Assembly (NCBI GenBank): GCA_958009085.1
Contig: OY253668.1
Span: forward strand, 1,426,001-1,490,000
Length of the DNA: 64,000 bases
Origin: Protoeuglena noctilucae
Taxonomy: Eukaryota
Direction: 5' to 3'
A program made the translations under genes and the position numbers. Below, in pieces: positions 23,785 through 36,171 of the stretch (within the stretch, counting starts at the first letter, position 1; every line of letters starts with the position of its first letter). The notes under the pieces are model-generated. The model was not told the origin of the DNA and did not search any database. It saw only the letters and a list, made by a program, of their open reading frames with translations.

Positions 23785-26700
23785 TCACGAGAGCCGAAGG
23801 GAGTCGGCGCTTGCTCCGCTGCCGGGCGCGAGCCCCTGCGCTCGGCGCGACAGCACGTCTTGGAGAGTCTGCTGGAGCTCCCGGACCTCCTCGACGGGCG
23901 TCGTGGGCGACACCATGATGTACACTGCGAACGGGTCAAAAAGAAAGGTTCTGCCAGTGCAATGCCCCTCGCCGTCACATCGACAAGCGTCAAGACATAT
24001 CAACATCACACGCGCATCCAGCTGCTCACCCACGTTGCCGAGAGGCCGCGTGAACACCCCCCGTTCTCGCAGCGCCGCCACCACCTCCCCCGCCGTCGAT
24101 GCCGTGTACCCCGCGCCCCCACCCCCAAGCTCCACGGCCATGACGGTGCCCAGGGCCGTGACACTCTCCACGCCCGGCAGCCTCGACGTGGCCGCCACGC
24201 CCTCCGCGCTCCACAGCTCCCGCAGCCGCCCCCCCGCCGCGCACGAGCACACGTCGCGCCCAGCCACGCACCCCTCAGACACGCGCACGTCCGGATGGCC
24301 CCCGTCGGACAGGCGCGCGCACTCGCCCAGCGTCCCCGGCAGCAGGTTGGGGTTGGTGCCCGCGTCGCACAGCGTCGTCAGCGCAGTCAACGCCGCGTGG
24401 CACCCCACAGGGTTTCCTGCGTAGGAGTGGCCGTGAAGCAGCGCATCCACCTTGTTGGGGCCCTCGAAAGCACGGAAGACCTCCTCGGACGCCACCGTGG
24501 CCGCCAGGGGGACCGTGCCGGCCGTGAGGAGCTTGCCGAAGCAGGCGATGTCAGCCACGATGCCGGCCTGCAGAGAGACGCCGGGGGGTCGGTATTTGTG
24601 TGACATTCGGAACCAAAGAGCGAATGTTGCAGTTATTCTAACAGTCTTTCAGTCAACTCCTTTTCAGAGGCCTCGAGGGCATGCTCCCCACGCATGCATG
24701 ACGTGCGGTTGAGCGCACTCGTAGCCCCGACTCGCCTGGCTGCTGGCCGTGGCTGTGCCGAGGCGGAAGAGGCCAGAGAAGACCTCGTCCGCCACCACGG
24801 GCACCCCCCGCGAGCGGCACTCCTCCGCCATGGCCCACTGGAAGAGCGGGTCGCACAGGACCATGCCCCCCGCGCCCAGCATCAGCGGCTCCACGACCAT
24901 CGCCCCGATGCGCGCCCCAGTCGACGCCTCGTGCGCGTCCATGCTCGCCGCCACGTGCGCGCGGTACGCCCCCGCCAGCCGCGACTGCCGCCGGAGCGGG
25001 CACATGGCCGCCTCCGCCGTCAGAAACTGCAGGGCGTCCCCCGCGCCGTCCTCCGCGCACCGCCGCGCCAGGCTCGGGGGCAGCCGCACGCGCCACGCCC
25101 CGCCCCGCACCGCCAGGACCGGCGGCGGCAGGAACAGGCCCCGCGGGTCGTACCACGGCGTCTGCCTGGCGTTGAATGGGCTCGGCGCCGCCGCATCCAT
25201 CGCCCCAAGCGTGTCGCCGTGATAGCCGCCCGCCAGCGCCAGCACGTGGAGCGGCGCGTGGGGCCCGGCCACCCCGCCGCGGCGCGCCTCGAAGGTCCGG
25301 AAGGCCATCTTGAGCGCGACCTCGGCAGCGGTCGAGCCGTCATCGGACCAAAACACGCGGTGGCCCCACGCCGAGGCACGGTCGGGTCCATTCACGGCGT
25401 CCAGCAAAGCAGTCGCCGCACCCACGGCCGCTCCGTGCGCCATCTGCGGAAGCAGCACGTGGCCCCAGCGCCCCGCCGCGTACGCCAGCGCTCTTGCCGC
25501 CCCCGCGTGGTGCTTCTCTCCCAGTCCCTGCGTCCACCAGCTGCAACATGCGTCGTATGCCTCCGCCCGCTTCGCCCACGCGGACTGCAACGCGTCACCC
25601 GCGCCGCCGTCGCTCCCCATGGCAGCTGGGCCTGCTGCGGTCGGCAGCAGCGTCAGTCGATCGCCCCAGCGCGAGTCTACGGACGTGACGCCGCCTTCTG
25701 GCACGGTGCCGTGCTGCGTGAACGGCCACCACAGGACCCGAGAGGCCGCGGCTGGGAGTGCCACCTCGTCCTCAGCCTGCAAGAAACGGCAACAGATACC
25801 ACGTGCCATGCCAGGCGTCTGCAATACCATGCCGGCCCTAGGCACTTTGCATGCCGCTCCCCAGGGGCCACTTCGTTTGCAACAGCACCCTCTGAGAGAC
25901 CGGGCCTCCACCCCACACCTGGGCAGCATGGTAGGCGTCCAAATGTGCCAGGACCTCGTTTAGGGAATGGGAAGCGTCGTGGAGCCATCCCTCCACGCGG
26001 TCGCTGTGGGTGGCTGGGTGGATGCGACGGTGGCCCTTCCGCAGATCGAGTCCGCGCCCGTGGTCGTGTCCGTGCTTGCGCCCGTGCCCGTCCGTGTCAG
26101 GGACGTCGTCGGGGGGCGGGGCGGGGGGTGCCGTGAACACACGGGTGAACCGGCCTGGGCCGAGACGCACGCGGCCCCTCGCCTCGTCCTGCTGTCGCTG
26201 CGCGGGGTCACCAGCGCTGCCGTCAGCCGTCGCTGCTGAGTGCAGACCAGGGCTCACAGACAGGGGCTCCAGGGAAAGTCAGGCGACATTGACCGTGGAA
26301 AGGACATGATACGAACCAAGCATCGCCCACCTGGTGCCGGGCACGCGAGCCTCCTGGCAGCCGGCTCCTCAGAGCCGCCTCGATGGCACGCGCGTTATGC
26401 AGGGAGTGCTGGGACTGGTGAGCTTCCAGGACCACGACGGCTGGGATGTCGTACCCACGCAACTGCAGCGGTGGGCGGGCAGGCGGTGTTTCACGAAAGG
26501 GTGCGCCTGGTACCCGGATGCTCTGCCCTCATCTCCGGTGATGCACATGCCCCTCACCTCCAGGGAGTCGAGAGCCGTCAGGCAGGCCGACACCGAGCCG
26601 AGCCGCCCGTCGCAGACCAGGAGAGCCGGCAGGCGCCAGGGCCGGAGCAGGTCGCACTGCAGCGTGCCCGAGGGCGCGGGGCTGCACACGCCGCCCGCCG

Positions 26701-27542
26701 TCTCCAGGAGGGCAAAGCACGAGCGGGGGTCGAGCCCTCGTCGGGAGGCGTGTGTGGTGAACTGCGATGTCAGGGCGAAGCGAGGCGTAGGAAGGGCTGG
26801 CCGAGCGATGGGGGCAAGTGGGTCGGGCAAAGCTGGGTGCGATGTGAGCCCCAGTCGCTGTCAGGAACCACACATTTATCAGCAGACCCTCGCCTGTTCC
26901 ACGCGCTCGGCTACCGCCGCCAAGATGTGGTGGTCGTGTGCGGGCCTGCCCTCGCGCTCCACGGCCAGGTGGGGAGACACGGCCCCCGCCCACGCAAACA
27001 GCGTCACGCATGCCGAGGGGTCGTCGCCGGCGTGTCCCGGGCGACCCCCACGCTCGAGATAGGCGGCGTGCTCTCCGTGCTCAACTGCAGGTCAAACATA
27101 GGATTGGCTTGTATCACATGGCCGATAATGGGATGGGAAAGACCACGCCTGTACCATACCATGGCCCTGCGGGCGACCTCGCGGCATGCCTTTAGCCCTC
27201 ACCTGCAACGTCGGCAACAGAGCCGACCAGGCGAGCGTCCGAATCCGCGGGGAAGCCCGTCTGAGCGGGCTTGATGTAGAGGAGCGGCCGCTCGGCTTGG
27301 CGGGCCACGCGAGCCAGCCCCGCCGACACCAGCGTCTTGCCGACACCCGTGTTGGATCCCCACACGACGGCACTGGTCAGCCGCGAGGGCCAGCTGGGGC
27401 GGGAGGGCGGAGAACCTGTCGGTGGGACGAGCGTTGGCACGTTCTGCAACCCCGCTCTCCCGTCGCGGCAGTCACCTAAGATGCGGTCGCTCCGGGCAAA
27501 TCGCATCGATCCTTGTGCGACGCTGGGCTCCGCCGGGCGCAT
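23785..27542 (-). CDS. BIO3-BIO1: Bifunctional dethiobiotin synthetase / DAPA aminotransferase, spliced; start approximate
   Basis: VWGSNTGVGKTLVSAGL, YIKPAQTG, LLETAGGVCSP, LWWPFTQH, DACCSWWTQGLG, SDDGSTAAEVALKMA, GYHGDTLGAMD, DEVFSG and the PLP-lysine motif FGKLLTAG. Confidence 0.95.
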
Positions 27543-27834
27543 CGCTTCCCAGAGAGCGCGGGCAGGGCTCGCATGAGTAGGAGGGTGGCCAGGCCGCCGC
27601 GGGTCGCGCCAAGCGGCTCCAGCGTTTGGCGCCTCGAGGGAACACACAAGCAATCATCTTCGTGGCATCAGTGAACACTTGCAATCAAGCGACGCGGAGT
27701 ATTTGCGATGGTCGCCGTGCGAGGCGCGTGTAACCCGCCCTCTTCGATGCCTCAAGTAGGAGGGTCCACCCGTGACGAGGTTGCAGTAAAGAGCACGTAG
27801 ACAGCGCTTGGAGTGATGAACCTGCAGCTCTGAC

Positions 27835-29523
27835 ATGGTCAATGGCAGCGACACACCGCGACCAGCGCCGTCATGCACCTCCTTTCTCCACCAGCGCCTT
27901 CCAAACGTGCTGGGGGACCTGCACCACGCCTGCAGGCACGCAGGCACGCTCAACCCAAGGGTTGCTCGCCCGGCAGGCCTGAACAGAGTTCTCAGGATTA
28001 TGGGAAGGGCCCCGTCCTCCGTCGTGTCATCCTCGACGCGGGCAACGGGGAAGTTTAGCCAGGCTCGGCCGAAGGTGGACAGCGGCGCCAGCGAGACGCG
28101 ACGGAGGCGGGCCTGGGAAGCATTGAACGAGTATTCCAAACCACGGCCCGACGAGCGGTTCAAGTGAGGCGCTCGCGGCGCATAACGAGACAAGCCCTTT
28201 TTGCGCCCCTAGTCCGAGCGCAGTTGCTGCCCAGGCGGGGCAGGGAGCGTGCACAGAGCGCGCGAGTGTGGGCATCCGCGACCGCGCCTACTGTCGTCGA
28301 TTGGCCCCGCCCAAGCCGAGGCCGAGCGCCGCTGCCGCAGGAGAATCAGTGCCAAGCTCCTCGGAGAGGTTCTGGAGGGAGCGCACTGCGAGGCGATCGT
28401 GCTGGATGTGCGCGACGAAGCGGACTTCGACGCCCAGCACATCGAGGGCGCGGAGCTGTATCCTGCACGCAGGCGAGCTTGCTTTTCATTCTTGCTTAGA
28501 AGTGGCTGCGACGGAGCCCCCTGGCGGGCCACCTGATGCGATGAAAGCACCACGGCACCCACGCCTGCCTGCAGGTTCATGCACTCGTCTGCCCCCTTCA
28601 CCCGGGAGCTCCTCGAGTTCAAGAACCGGCACCCGGATCGCGTCGTAGTGCTCTACTGCGACGACGAGCGCGTCAGCGCGCCCGCGGCCGAGCTGCTCTT
28701 CGAGAAGGGCTGGGACAACGTCCTGGTCCTGACGGGCGGGCTGCGGCGATTCCGGGACGTCTGCCCGCACCTCGTGTCCCTGGGCGCCGTCGTCGAGGAT
28801 CTCGCGCAGTTCAGCCCCTTCCGCCGGGGCGCTGGGTCGAGCGTGTCGTCCGAGCCGGGGACGAGCGCCAGGACGCCCCCGGCCGACATGTTCGCGGCGC
28901 ACCTGGCGCCCCCGGTGGCCGGCCTCGCGGCCCCGTTCCTGACCGAGACGCGCGCGCAGTTCACGGACCCGCGCGATCACCGACGCCCGGCGGAGGGGGC
29001 TGCGGCTTCGCGGCGAGGGGAGGGGGATGTTGGTGGCCAAGACTGGCGCGGGCGGGGCGAGGGGGGCGCGAGGGGGCCGGGGAGCGAGGGGCGCGGCCGG
29101 GAACGGCGCGGAGGCCGCGGGCAGGGGGCGCCCCGGGACGCAGAGGACGGCATGGGCATTCCCGACGCGGACTCGGGGCCGATGAGCCCGCCCAGCCCAG
29201 GTGGGTGGCGTCGTGGAGGCTGCGAGAGGCTTCTGCTGCAACGTCCGCTCCGCCGGTGAGGTCGTTGGGCTGGACTGGCTGCCTCTCGCGTTGCGCTCGC
29301 AGCCATGGTTCGCAAAGAAATCGAGGGCAGACAAGGCCAGGGCCGCGCGGGCTCACGCCGACACCCCGACGCGGCGTCGGTGGCGCTGACGGAGGACTCG
29401 ATGGCGGTCAAGCTGGGCGCCATGCGCGGGACGCGGGCCGCGCTGCTCTTCAAGGAGCAGCAGGAGAAGTTGCGCAAGGCCTCGGGCAGCCTCGCGCCCC
29501 GCTGGCAGCCCACGGGACGCTGA
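27835..29523 (+). CDS. CEP41: CEP41-like centrosomal/ciliary protein with rhodanese-like domain, spliced
   Basis: PKVDSG N-terminal motif, VLDVRDEADFDAQHIEGA, and LLEFKN...VVLYCDDE...KGWDNVLVLTGGL. Confidence 0.75.
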
Positions 29524-29810
29524 CGGTGTCCAGGCTGACCATGTGATCTTGGAAATTGAGAGCGCCTTGAAGGGTTACCCTGCGTTTCTGGCCCTCCCCA
29601 CCGGGGGGGCGAATTGCCCGGCGCGTTGGCCCCCGCGAGCCTTACGCGCCCGGAAATCCCTGCCACCATTGCTCCCGTCCCCTCTCCGCCGGGCCAGCGC
29701 AGAAACTCCGCGAACCCTAACGGTGCTCCCAGGCCGGCTTGGCGGAGGCGCCGAGCAGGCTTCCGACGCGCGGCGCGAAATCTATCTAGCCGACGGGAGT
29801 GGCGAGAGAG

Positions 29811-30691
29811 ATGGCGGTTGGCACAGGTGCCTCAGGGGCACGGGCGCCATCCCAACCGCGCTGCCCGCTTCGTCGGTCGGCCCCCCCCGACGTCGCCTCG
29901 ACCGCACGCGTTGCATTTGCTCGATCTCGTCGCTGGCAGAACATTTCCTCTCGCGCCACGACCCGCGTGGGGGAACCGCGGGTCCGCTCCTTTTGTGCCG
30001 CAGGACGCTTCAAGGACGAGCATCCGCTCGAGCGGAGGAAGGCGGAGGCGACACGTATCCGGGAGAGGTACCCGGACCGCATTCCTGTGAGCTCCTGGGG
30101 TCGACGGGCGGGTCCTTGGGCCCGGTGCCACAGGCGTGCTCCACTGCGCTCCGTCGCGGGCTCTCGTCGCGCGACGGCGCCGGCATTTGGTAGCGCATGA
30201 CAGAATGAGGCGCTGAGAATCTCCTCGGTCGTTCCGGAAACCCTCCGCGAGGCGGGGGAGGGGCACAGTCAGCGCACCGTGAACTTGGGCCCCCCGACGC
30301 AGGTCATCGTCGAGCGCGCGGCCAACACAGATATCCCGGACATTGACAAGAAGAAGTACCTGGTGCCGGCTGACCTGACCGTCGGGCAGTTCGTCTTCGT
30401 CATCCGGAGGCGCATCAAGCTCTCCCCCGAGCGCGCCATCTTCGTGTTCGCCCGGAACGTCCTCCCGCCAACCGCGGCCCTCATGTCATCGATCTACGAA
30501 GACTTCAAGGTGCGACAGCGCGTCAGCTTCTAGCGGGGGACGCACGTGCAGGTGGAGATGTGGCGGAGGTGACTGAGAAGCACTGGGGACGTTCCACATC
30601 CTGCCCCTCGTGCCCACAGGACGAGGACGGGTTCCTGTACCTCACGTTCTCCGGTGAGAACACCTTCGGCGCGTGGGAGCTCGCCCAGTGA
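29811..30691 (+). CDS. ATG8: Autophagy protein ATG8; exons 29811-29826, 30004-30086, 30303-30509, 30620-30691
   Basis: Spliced product [39 protein letters not shown]...[15 protein letters not shown]...[23 protein letters not shown], with all junctions GT-AG and in frame. Confidence 0.97.
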
Positions 30692-31042
30692 TGTCGACCA
30701 GGTCACAGGGCGGCCATCGTGGCCGGCTGACGCCACGCCTGCGCACAAGCCGCCCATGGATTGGTACTCGCACATCGCGCGGGAACACGAGACCGGCACG
30801 TGGCGGAATTCCCGATGCCTAGTTTGGGCTCCATGTATGGGGCGAGCCATCGTCCGTGTGCCTTGCTTGGCCTTTACCCTCCTACCAGGGCGCGAGGACC
30901 GTCGCCAAGAGACGTGCGGCCTTTTCGAGCGCCGGTTCGCTATGGAGAGCTCGCCGTTTGACGAGAGCGCAGCGCACGCGTGCATGAAACGGCAAACAGT
31001 GCAAAGCACAAAGTGCCAGGAAGGGCTGCATCAAAGGCTGCG

Positions 31043-33103
31043 TCAAGGGAATAGGGGGATGACATACGGGCGGGTGAGCCACTCGTTGACAGGCATGCGT
31101 GTAAGCGTGCCAGTTGTTCCTTCCGACAGCCTCCCACTGCCGCTCATCGTGACGATGCGCCCCTGCGCCGCGATGACCCCGCCGGGGCCGCCGCCTGTTG
31201 CTGGCGCAGTCGGCAGAGGAGGTATCCCGGGAGCTTGGCCACTTCCTGCGACAGGGACGGATTCAGGTCTCGCACAGCCCCAGCGGCTGCCCTTCCCACT
31301 CCCTACAAAAGCTGCAGCCCGGCTCGCCCGGTTCGCGCCTCGTTGGTCCAATCACGACTCGCCTCTGAGACAATGGGGTCGGATAGGCCCAGGAACTGAG
31401 GGCCCGACACCGCCACGCGCTCCCGGGTGCCCGTCTTGGCGTTGACAGCGTCCAACACCTGCACAAAACACACCCCGCAACATCAGTGTCAGTGCGGCGG
31501 TACATGGCGCGCCTCATGACACCAAGCCTCGTCCTACACCAGCGTGTCTCGACAGCGCCCACCCACGCGCCTTATGCCACGCCTGGGTGGGGTTTGCCCC
31601 GTCGAACGCCAGACCAGAGCCGTCCAGGGCACGCACGGTGAACCAGGGGTTGCCCGTCCTGTCATCCACGTGAATCTCAGACTCGTACCAAATGCGCTTG
31701 GCCGGGTTCTGCGCGTGAGCAGACGTGCTTGGCGACAGCTCGAAGTGTGTCGCCTTATGCCAATGTGCTCCCATGTCCTGGCCCTGCACTGCCAGCCAAT
31801 CCTTGCTTAGAAAAACCAAGCATTCCCGCCCGCCACTCGCACCTCGACGCTCATGTAGGGCCTGCGGCTCTTGAACCCGATCGGCCAGACGTACCGCGTG
31901 CCGTAACCACCATGGGGGCCCGTCAGGCTGCTCTGCAAGTGAAGCAAGGGCGGGTGCATGCGGGTGACTCTCTTGTTGGCTCATGCCAAGCAAGGAAGTT
32001 CTTGCCAGCTCCAATGTAGCGTCTGCGCATCAGCAGCTCGCGCAGAGACACGCTCCTCGCCTTGTCCACATCGATGCGCCCCAGGGACACCACCGTCACG
32101 TTCCCCACGGTAAAGGGGGTAGTCCGAGGCAGCAGACTCTCCTTGATCTCCTCCAGCTGCTCCTGCAAGCAGCGTCTTGCAGGCGAAACAATCGCATCGA
32201 AGCAGGCAAAGCGCAGGGCTCCCGTCCCATGCAGGGACGCGCTCACTGACTCGCCCACCTGCGTCAGATGCCTCGGGCCCGCGGGCGGAGCGTGCCCTCG
32301 GTCCTCAGCAGCGGGCGGCTCGGGGGTTTGGGAGGGCCATTCGCCAGTCGCGTCTCCCTCCCCGCCCTCCAAAGGCCGGCTCTTGTCAGGCCCCGACCCT
32401 TCCGCAGCCGGCACCGCCACGCCCGCGCCCTCCTGCTCCCGCAGCGACTGCAGCAGAGCGACGGCGTCGTCCACTTTCCCACACTCCTCGACATCCGCTC
32501 GATGCGCCTCCGCCGGACCTGGCAAGGCGACGCCCAGCCACGGCCCCATCCCGTGGCCCGCATCCGCCGTCACTCCTCCACGATCCCAGCTCTGCGTGCC
32601 CCACGGCCCGCCAGCAACACTCGCAGCCCCGCCCCTGCCCCAGTCCCCCCAAGCTGCAGCCGTTCCGCTTCCAGCAGCGATAGGGCCAGCGAAGCCCAGC
32701 GGCTGGGCCCTGGGCGAAAACGCCGCACGTTCCTGGCCGCCAACCACATCCGCATACGGCAGGCCGTTGTTGACTCCTCCGGCCTGCCACGGCCCCTGCC
32801 CCGCCCCCCAAGGGGCCAAGTCAGGGGCCCACCAGCGCACCCGGGCCTCTGCACCCGCGTCCTGATCCTCCCGGCGCTCTATCGGCAGCGGCGGCTGCTG
32901 GAAGCGTCGGAATATCACCCGCTCCGACTGCGGTTTGTCGCCTGCGATCACCCCCGAGTGCCGGCGGACGATGACAGCTGCATCCGGCCCGTGCTGCGTG
33001 AGCATGCCAGGGCAGACCGTCTCGCGTGCGCGTCACAGTTCACCTGAGATAGGAGCGGCAGGTTCCCAGGACGGCGGGGTCCCTCCTGACTCGTGCTGTG
33101 CCA
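31043..33103 (-). CDS. FYRN/FYRC domain protein, spliced; boundaries approximate
   Basis: PFTVGNVTVVSLGRI...YVWPIGFKSRRPYMSVE|NPAKRIWYESEI...PWFTV...FDGANPTQAWHK|VLDAVN resembles FYR domains. Confidence 0.75.
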
Positions 33104-34159
33104 TGGCGGGCGCCGCCCCGCGCGAGCCTCTCGTCCGCATCCCGGGCTCTGCCCGCTTCCGACTCTTGCGCTCCGATCGCCTCGGTCTGCGCGACCCAAG
33201 CGCGTCGGCAGGTCGGTTGTGGTGCGGGGCAAGGGAGGCCCTTGGCTGCTTCCCAGCGATGGACACAGCCGCTTGGCCCTGGGTCCCGCCCGGGCGATGG
33301 AACTCACGTGGTTTCCGGGGAGATCTGTTGCACGCCGTCCGACCTCCGCTGGGGGCGCGGCTGTTTCCGGGGCCGCCGGGAGGCGACGCGCGAGGCGTCG
33401 CTTGTCGTCCGCCTGAGGGGTGCCATAGCCGGGCAATGCTGGGGTGAGCGCAAGCCGTGGTAAGCTTCATGTCAGGAGCACTCGATCCCAGCGAGCTCAC
33501 CGCGGTTCACCCCCCTGCCCTTGTGAATCGCTCATGGGGCAGCTGCCCCAGCCGCGCGAAGAGTGCTCGCCCCGTCCCGTCAATCCGACGTTGGCACGTA
33601 GACGAACGCTAACGCCCTGGGGTTCCTGGGGGGTGCTTTTCGCGGGTTTTCCGCGGTCTGACCGAGGGTGCTTGTGGCCGCGGCAAAGCCCCCAAAGCCC
33701 CCGGAGTTGGCGCACCGGAGACGGAAATAGCATATATTAGCAATCATTGCCACCGAGCACTCGATCGCAGTCGCGTTCGACGCCGAGCTGCCTGCGCTGC
33801 CCTGCCTTGGACGCCCGAACAGCTGTTCATCCTCTCAACGAGTAGAACACACCAATTCAGCACAACGCACGTCCGCAGCTCAGAAGCGTGGCGCGCGGGG
33901 CGCCCACCGAGATGCACGCCAGCCCAGTGCGGGCGGGGTTTCACGCCAAGGGCGGGGGGAACGAGGGCGCAAGCGGCCCCGACTGCGGCGTTCCTGCGAT
34001 GAGGGCAAGCGAGTCCTTTGTCTCAGCCACGTCGGCTGCGCCCGTCCTGCAATCGATGGAACCAGGCGACCATTGGGGCTGGCGACATGCGCCGCGCGCG
34101 TTGTTGCATGCCCCGGCGCGCAGATATGCGAGCGTCGCGCGCACGTCCGACTTGCTTAT

Positions 34160-36126
34160 ATGGTAAGCGTCTTGAACGCACGCCTTCCGCCGGCTGCAGA
34201 CATCCGCAGGGTGAGCCTGCCCGTCAGTTTGCCCCTCAGCACGAAGGCGGAGCTCGCATCGGAGGACCCGGCGCCCGCGGACGCGGAGACAGATCCGGAC
34301 ACGTGCAGTGCCAAGCCGACTCCGGTGGAGGAGTCGGCTGCCGTCGGGCCCACCCCGGCCCCCGCCGAGGGGCCCTTCGGTCGGGGCCCGAGGACCCAGC
34401 GTGCGTCGCACGTCAGCGGCGACGTGCCGCCCCTGCCGCCGACCGGCATGTCCCGGGCGCTCACGAGCTGCTTCCCGACCAACTACGACATGCTGCTCTT
34501 CCGCACGGCCAACATGGACCTGGGCCGCCCCAATGCCTCCCAAGACCACGTGGCCAGCAAGTTCCGCGACTCCCTCATGCCCGTGCGCGCGTGGCTGCGA
34601 CCGTGCTTCGGCGACCGCCTCCTCCGCTGCTTCCTCAAGTGAGCGTCTTGCCGCCGGGCATCACACCGGGTCTGGTCGCGAGCGCAGACCGTGCCCTGTC
34701 GATCCTAGGATGCTTGCAACCCGCCCTTTGCTGACCGCAGCATGTCCGAGGACCCCCGCCGTGGGTGCCCTGGCACGGCCAACTTCATCGACGCCCGGAC
34801 GCAGTGGCTGGACGACGTCGTCGGCAGGGCGCTGGACGGCGGCGTGCGGCAGGTGCTCATCCTGGCCGCCGGGTACGACACCCGGGCGTACCGCCTTCAC
34901 CGCCCCGGCGTCAGGTGGGCTGCAGTTGCAGGCGGCGTGCCAGCATGGGTCGACGGCTCTGCCCTGTCCGCATCCCCCGCTTCTTATCCACTCAATGCGC
35001 ATGCCCAGCAGGTTCTTCGAGGTCGACCTGCCCTCGTCCGTGCGCAAGAAGGTCCACCTGGTGGCACGGTGCATCCCGGACTTCGCGGGCGCTGGTGACG
35101 TGCGATGGGTCGCCGCGGACCTCTCCGAGGTCAAGCTCCAGCCCACGCTCGCGACGGCAGGCTTTGACCCGCGCCTCCCGACGTGTGTGACCATCGGTGA
35201 GTGGCTGTCCTCGATTGCTTTTTATCCTGCACCCTGCCCCTCACCAGCTTCCTTGCACCCTCGTGCATGTTCCTGAAGCCCTTGCGTCGAAATCCTTACT
35301 TAGCGTCACCCTCATGCATGACCTCATTCCTCTTTTCTCCCAGAGGGCCTCGTGTACTACCTCCCTGACCGTGCGGTGCGGGAACTGCTGTGCCAGGTCG
35401 CCGACCTGATGGCACCGGGTTCAACCCTCGCCATGGATTTCCTCAACCTCGACGCTCTCCGCAAAGAGAAGCCCTACGGTGCGTGGCGCACCCACAAGAG
35501 CCACCAAGGCACACCGACGCTGGCTACGCGCGTGCACTGCGCTCGTGTCTCTCTGTCCTGCCCATCACGGCTAGCGTAACATCGCCCTGCTCTGCACCTG
35601 CAGTGGGCTTCGAGGCGTGTGCCCAAGCAGTGGCGAACAAGGGAGAGCCCTTCGTCTCGGGCATCAGCAACCGGCCCGCAGACCTTGCGGACTTCTTCGC
35701 AACAGCCGGCCTCGCGTGCACGAAGGTCCTGAGCGCCGATGACATCGTCGATCGGTGAGCGAGCGACGGGCCAGCGACCCGCCACCCTGCAACGCAGCTG
35801 CCCTGGATTGCGCATGCATACGCACTCGCCTTCAGATCCTGACGGCCCATCTGAGGTGCAAGCGATGGATTGACAGCAAAGCTGGGCGACTCATTGATGT
35901 CACTGTGCTTTGGTGCTATGACATGAGCCAATAGCAGAACTCCGTTCAGGTAATAGCGTGCTGTGACGAGGTGCGGCGCAACCTACTGAGCCTCCATCCC
36001 CCCTGACCTGCGTCCAGGTACCTCCCGCACGAAACGGAGCGCCGCCGTTTGGGCGAGACGGTCATCAACCCCTTCTACAGCTACGCAGAGGCCGCCAAGC
36101 TCCCGCCGGCCATGAGCCGAGTCTGA
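34160..36126 (+). CDS. SAM-dependent methyltransferase of the leucine carboxyl methyltransferase (LCM / ML2640-like) family, spliced
   Basis: Motifs [31 protein letters not shown]...[15 protein letters not shown] and EGLVYYL. Confidence 0.88.
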
Positions 36127-36171
36127 CGTCAGAGCCTGTGACCCTCTGGCCGCCCTCCCGGGTCCGCCCCG

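Noticed and set aside
24694..26136. Long antisense or alternative-frame ORFs (for example the 480-aa ORF here, 2105-3250, 31983-33047 and 52126-53244)
   Set aside because: They are shadow ORFs caused by high GC and stop-codon scarcity, opposite or overlapping genuine genes, and they carry no recognisable motifs.
23785..27542. BioD-BioA fusion as a novelty
   Set aside because: The BIO3-BIO1 fusion is standard in plants, algae and many fungi.
30668..30691. ATG8 C-terminal extension AWELAQ after the Gly
   Set aside because: Such extensions are normal ATG4-cleaved tails, and WELA does not fit the W/F/Y-x-x-L/I/V AIM consensus.
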